Shown: positions 28,272 to 31,774 of the stretch, one piece after another
How the letters are laid out: the number at the start of each line of letters is the position of its first letter
Numbering within the stretch: position 1 is the first letter of the stretch
Assembly: GCA_017999215.1 (NCBI GenBank)
Contig: JAGOBQ010000001.1
Location: 1-31,774 of the forward strand
From: Thermoanaerobaculia bacterium
Lineage (GTDB): Bacteria > Acidobacteriota > Thermoanaerobaculia > UBA5066
Direction of reading: 5' to 3'
Length of the DNA stretch: 31,774 bases
The notes under the pieces: model-generated
What the model saw: only the letters and a program-made list of their open reading frames with translations
Database searches by the model: none
What the model was told of the DNA's origin: nothing
Translations under genes and position numbers: made by a program

Positions 28272-29662
28272 ACGAGATGAACGATCCCCTCAAGGGCTAC
28301 AAGGGCCACGCGCGCGAGGTCCTGACCCGGTTCGACGTGAAGGTCTGGAGCGACGTCCGCGCGACGAACGACGCCGGCTCGGTCTTCGAGGGCGTCATCC
28401 TCCCGAGGAGCGAGTCGTTCGACGACCTCCACGTCGTGATGAAGCTGAAGACCGGCTACAACGTCGGCCTCCACGTCGACCGCCTCGTGGACGTGATCGA
28501 GGTCGGATACAAGGAAGCGAAGTACAAGATTCCCGAGAAGGAGTTCCCCTCCCGGCCGACGCTGCCGAAGGTGACGCTCCTCGGGACGGGCGGGACGATC
28601 GCCTCGCGCCTCGACTACCGGACCGGCGCCGTCATCCCCGCCTTCACGCCGGGCGAGCTCTACGGGGCCGTCCCGGAGCTGGCCGACATCTGCAACCTGA
28701 CGACGAAGAAGATCTTCGGGGTCTTCTCCGAGAACATGGCGATGGAGAACTACATCGTCCTCGCCAACGCGATCGGGGAGGAGATCGCCGCCGGGGCCGA
28801 CGGGATCGTCATCGGCCACGGCACCGACACGATGGGCCACACGGCCGCGATCCTGTCGTTCATGGTCCAGAACAGCCCCGTCCCCATCGTCCTCGTCGGC
28901 TCGCAGCGCTCGTCCGACCGCCCGTCGTCCGACGCGGCGCTGAACCTGATCCACTCCGTGAGGACGGCCGCCTACTCCGACATCGCCGAGGTCATGATCT
29001 GCATGTTCGGGCCGACGTCCGACAGGTACGGCCTCCTCCACCGCGGGACGCGCTGCCGGAAGATGCACAGCTCCTACCGCTCCACGTTCCGGACGATCGG
29101 CGACATCCCGCTCGCGATGGTCAGCCCGACCTCGTTCACCTATCTCAACGACGACTTCCGCCGCCGCGACAAGACGCGCGTCCCCGTCATCGACCCGGTC
29201 TACGACGACCGGACGACGATCCTCTACTACTACCCCGGCATGAACCCCGACCTCGTCGACGCCCTCGTCGAGAAGGGGTACCACGGCATCGTCATCGCCG
29301 GCACCGGCCTCGGCCACGTCAACAAGCCGCTCTACCCGGCGATCAAGCGGGCGACGGAGGCGGGCGTCCACATCGTCATGGCCGTCCAGACGATCTGGGG
29401 CTTCGCCCAGATGTACGTCTACGACACCGGGCGCGACCTGATGGACCTCGGCATCGTCCCGCTCGACAACATGATCCCCGAGACGGCGCTCATGAAGCTC
29501 TCCTGGGTCCTCGGGCACACGCGCGAGCGGGCCGAGGTGATGCGCCTCATGACGACGCCGATCGCCCACGAGATCACTCCGCGCGAGCCCCACAACGGCT
29601 ACCTCGTCATGCAGGGGGGGCTCCCCGAGACCGAGGAGTGGGTGCGGGGGCACTGGAAGTGA
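28268..29662 (+). CDS. gatD: Glu-tRNA(Gln) amidotransferase subunit D (asparaginase-like glutaminase, archaeal type)
   Basis: GTG at 28268 overlaps the gatE stop; 464 aa. GatD N-domain (VMKLKTGYNVG), TGGTIASRLDYRTGAV, HGTDTM, GSQRSSDRPSSDA and RKMHSS. Confidence 0.95.
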   Translation: MNEMNDPLKGYKGHAREVLTRFDVKVWSDVRATNDAGSVFEGVILPRSESFDDLHVVMKLKTGYNVGLHVDRLVDVIEVGYKEAKYKIPEKEFPSRPTLPKVTLLGTGGTIASRLDYRTGAVIPAFTPGELYGAVPELADICNLTTKKIFGVFSENMAMENYIVLANAIGEEIAAGADGIVIGHGTDTMGHTAAILSFMVQNSPVPIVLVGSQRSSDRPSSDAALNLIHSVRTAAYSDIAEVMICMFGPTSDRYGLLHRGTRCRKMHSSYRSTFRTIGDIPLAMVSPTSFTYLNDDFRRRDKTRVPVIDPVYDDRTTILYYYPGMNPDLVDALVEKGYHGIVIAGTGLGHVNKPLYPAIKRATEAGVHIVMAVQTIWGFAQMYVYDTGRDLMDLGIVPLDNMIPETALMKLSWVLGHTRERAEVMRLMTTPIAHEITPREPHNGYLVMQGGLPETEEWVRGHWK

Positions 29663-29666
29663 ATCG

Positions 29667-30617
29667 ATGAGAGCCCTCACCTACGAGAGGCACGGAGACC
29701 CGCGCGACGGAGTCGTAAAGAGCGTCTTCGACCCGCGCCCCGGCCCGGGGCAGATCCTCGTCCGCGTCGTCGCGGCCGGCCTCAACCCGGCGGACGTGAA
29801 GATCGTCGAGGGGAAGATCCCCTTCCTGACCTTCCCGAAGAGGCCGTTCGTCCCGGGCTGCGAGGCGGCCGGCGTCGTCGAGGCGCTGGACGGGCGCGTC
29901 TCGGGGTTCCGGCCCGGGGACGAGGTCGTCGTCTCGACGGGCCTCGGAGGTGCGCTCGCCGAGAAGGCCGTCGCATCCGCCCTCCACGTCGCGCGGAAGC
30001 CGGCCTCCCTCCCGTTCGAGGAGGCGGCCGCGATTCCCGCCGCCGGGCAGACGGCCCTCCGGGGCCTCCGCGACGTCGCCGGGCTGCGGGCGGGGCAGCG
30101 GCTCCTCGTGAACGGCGCCGGGGGCGGCGTCGGGACGTTCGCCGTGCAGATCGGCAAGGCGCTCGGCGCGCACGTCACGGCCGTCGCGAGCGCCGGCAAG
30201 CGCGAGCTCCTCGCGGGGCTCGGGGCGGACGTGTTCGTCGACTACGCGCGGGAGGACTTCGCGAAGGCGCCCGAGGAGTGGGACGTCGTCTTCGACGTCG
30301 TCCCGAACCGGACCTTCGGCGGCTGCTCGAAGGTCCTCTCCCGCGAGGGGACGTACCTCACGACGCTCCCGGGACCCGGGCCGCTCCTCGCCTCGCTCGG
30401 CGTCTCGTTCCGCTCCCTCTTCGGGTTCCGGAAGCGCTGCCGGTGGGTGATGCTGCGTCCCCGCGGCGAGGACCTCGACCTGCTCCTCCGCTGGGCCGTC
30501 GAGGGGAAGGTGAAGCCCGTCGTCGGAAGGTTCGTCCCGCTCGACCAGGCCGCCGGGGCCCTTTCCGACCTCTCCCAGGGGCACACGGCCGGAAAGACCG
30601 TGGTGGCCATGGCGTAA
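29667..30617 (+). CDS. NAD(P)-dependent MDR (quinone/zinc-ADH-like) oxidoreductase
   Basis: 316 aa. Motifs AAGLNPAD, PGCEAAGVV, NGAGGGVGTFAVQIGK and GKTVV. Confidence 0.9.
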   Translation: MRALTYERHGDPRDGVVKSVFDPRPGPGQILVRVVAAGLNPADVKIVEGKIPFLTFPKRPFVPGCEAAGVVEALDGRVSGFRPGDEVVVSTGLGGALAEKAVASALHVARKPASLPFEEAAAIPAAGQTALRGLRDVAGLRAGQRLLVNGAGGGVGTFAVQIGKALGAHVTAVASAGKRELLAGLGADVFVDYAREDFAKAPEEWDVVFDVVPNRTFGGCSKVLSREGTYLTTLPGPGPLLASLGVSFRSLFGFRKRCRWVMLRPRGEDLDLLLRWAVEGKVKPVVGRFVPLDQAAGALSDLSQGHTAGKTVVAMA

Positions 30618-30630
30618 ACCGGGTCGGACG

Positions 30631-30720
30631 TCAGGCGACACCACCCTGTTCCGGGCCTCGATCGCGCGGCAGCGTGAACGTGAACCTGGCTCCCTCGCCC
30701 ACGGCGCCCTCGGCCCGGAC
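30631..30720 (-). pseudogene. Remnant 3' end of a histidine kinase (HATPase_c last strands)
   Basis: Hand translation VRAEGAVGEGARFTFTLPRDRGPEQGGVA-stop; no kinase sequence upstream of it. Confidence 0.55.
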
Positions 30721-30790
30721 CGGGGGGGGGCGGGGCCCCGGATGCTGAGCTCCGCCCCACGAGCCAGCCCCGAAGTCGCCCGGAAAGGCC

Positions 30791-31056
30791 ATGATCGAAT
30801 GGCATCGCGCCCTCGCGGCCGTCGACGCCGCGCTCCCCGCTCCGTTCGGCTTCCGGAATCGGGGCCAAGCGCTCGTGTCGAAACAGTGCGCGGAGGACTC
30901 GGCTGGCTCTTCGACCGCGCGACCGACGGAAGACCGGGGGCGATCGTCGGGAGGATCGCTTCGCTCGAACAGGCCGCGCGGGCCTTCTCGGACCTCTGGG
31001 ACCTCTCGTGGGGAAGCGTCACGGGGAAGACGGTGGCGAAGAGAGTCGCTTCCTGA
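30791..31056 (+). pseudogene. Frameshifted, diverged copy of the 3' end of the neighbouring MDR oxidoreductase
   Basis: PFGFRNR and IVGRIASLEQAARAFSDL..SWG...GKTV match LFGFRKR and VVGRFVPLDQAAGALSDLSQG...GKTV. A 1-nt loss near 30898 splits it over two track ORFs. Confidence 0.7.
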
Positions 31057-31208
31057 ACCGGCCCCCCCGCCCGCTCCGAGCGGAATGGGGAGGCCGGCCT
31101 CCCTCCGGAGCCGGTGACGCGGACGCGAAAGCTGCGGGAGACGGGCGCCGGATGACGTTGGGAGGACTCGGCCCGCTCCTGCCGGCGCTCCTGCCCGGAC
31201 CCGCGCGA

Positions 31209-31247
31209 GCCCTGGAGGGGGCGCCCCGCGGGCGCTCCCTCCAGGGC
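31209..31247. terminator. 18-bp hairpin downstream of the DUF11 gene
   Basis: GCCCTGGAGGGGGCGCCC-CGC-GGGCGCTCCCTCCAGGGC with one non-canonical pair. Confidence 0.55.
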
Positions 31248-31264
31248 AATCGACATCGAAGGGG

Positions 31265-31774
31265 TCAGGCGACGGGGAGGGCTCTCCGAAGCAGGAGAAT
31301 TCCCGCTCCCGCGATCAGCAGGACGAGCGCGAGGAGCCCCGTCTCCGAGACGGTGGGGACCTCGGCCTGGCCCTGGACCTCGAGCGGTGCGGTGGAGACG
31401 TTGTTCGGAGGGGTGGGGTCGGGCTCGGCCAGCGTCGCCGTGGCCGTGTTCGCGAAGGCTCCGGGCGAAAGGGCGCGGACCGTCAGGACGACCTCGGCCT
31501 GCGAATCCGGAGCGAGCGTTCCGATCGCGCAGGTCACCGTCGCGGTCCCGGAGCAGGAGCCCTGGGACGTCTCCGCGGCCACGAAGAGGAGCCTGCTCGG
31601 GAGCGGGTCGGTGAGAACGACCTCCGTCGCGGTGCTCGGGCCGAGGTTGCGGACCGTGATCCGGAACTCGAGCTCGGAGCCGATGGAGACCACCACTGAA
31701 GAGGCGACCTTTGTGACGACGAGATCCGCGCTCGGAACGGCGGTGTCGGTGTCGGTCGCCGTGTTGTTGCCCGG
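31265..31774 (-). CDS. 3' end of a DUF11-repeat surface protein with an IPTL-CTERM-like sorting domain (5' end beyond window)
   Basis: Frame is open to the window end. ADLVVTK...FRITVRNLGPSTATEVVLTDPLP...DPTPPNN; C-terminal VPTVSETGLLALVLLIAGAGILLLRR. Confidence 0.85.
   Translation of the reverse strand, partial: PGNNTATDTDTAVPSADLVVTKVASSVVVSIGSELEFRITVRNLGPSTATEVVLTDPLPSRLLFVAAETSQGSCSGTATVTCAIGTLAPDSQAEVVLTVRALSPGAFANTATATLAEPDPTPPNNVSTAPLEVQGQAEVPTVSETGLLALVLLIAGAGILLLRRALPVA

Noticed and set aside
2088-29662. Very long track ORFs suggesting giant fusions or frameshifting (e.g. 2088..4760, 4901..6505, 5611..9291, 7686..10166, 12712..15798, 15102..17525, 19824..24653, 26597..29662)
   Set aside because: Only their C-terminal parts are protein-like. 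The N-terminal parts are Arg/Pro/Gly-rich alternate frames of neighbouring genes, expected when stop codons are rare in GC-rich DNA.
539-29680. Long antisense ORFs (e.g. 539..1984+, 2720..5662+, 9990..12767+, 12697..15450+, 19719..22208+, 26115..27776-, 28118..29680-)
   Set aside because: These are shadow frames of well-supported genes on the other strand, with R/E/G/P-biased composition and no motifs.
30742-31117. Two short plus-strand ORFs as novel small proteins
   Set aside because: Better explained as the two frames of one frameshifted MDR remnant.

Overview
Very GC-rich bacterial chromosomal window, densely coding. An Acidobacteriota/Thermoanaerobaculia-like source is an inference from composition and gene content. 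No rRNA, tRNA, CRISPR array, transposase or integrase was seen. Left block (minus strand): cholesterol-oxidase-like GMC oxidoreductase, a glucosyl/mannosyl-glycerate compatible-solute pair, a TM-helix membrane protein and a Mrp Na+/H+ antiporter operon (mrpABCD plus partial mrpE). Next come an orphan T6SS spike module (vgrG, DUF6931-like, PAAR) with no toxin, a V4R-like/GAF histidine kinase and a TrmN6-like methyltransferase. Centre (plus strand), the best candidate for a new system: a three-gene operon encoding a stand-alone CarH-type B12-binding protein, a heme-oxygenase-like domain fused to a putative globin/phycobiliprotein-like domain, and a PAS-GGDEF diguanylate cyclase. It resembles a split B12/bilin (photocobilin-like) light sensor carrying its own chromophore enzyme. 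Right block: Spy/CpxP-like protein, beta-propeller sensor kinase, Tat-type amidase, mscL, DUF481 porin, an archaeal-type gatE-gatD amidotransferase pair, an MDR oxidoreductase, two gene remnants and the 3' end of a DUF11/IPTL-CTERM surface protein. Many ORF-track entries are GC-driven shadow frames or over-extended 5' ends, so starts were re-called by eye. Family assignments are from motif recognition only; no database search was run.
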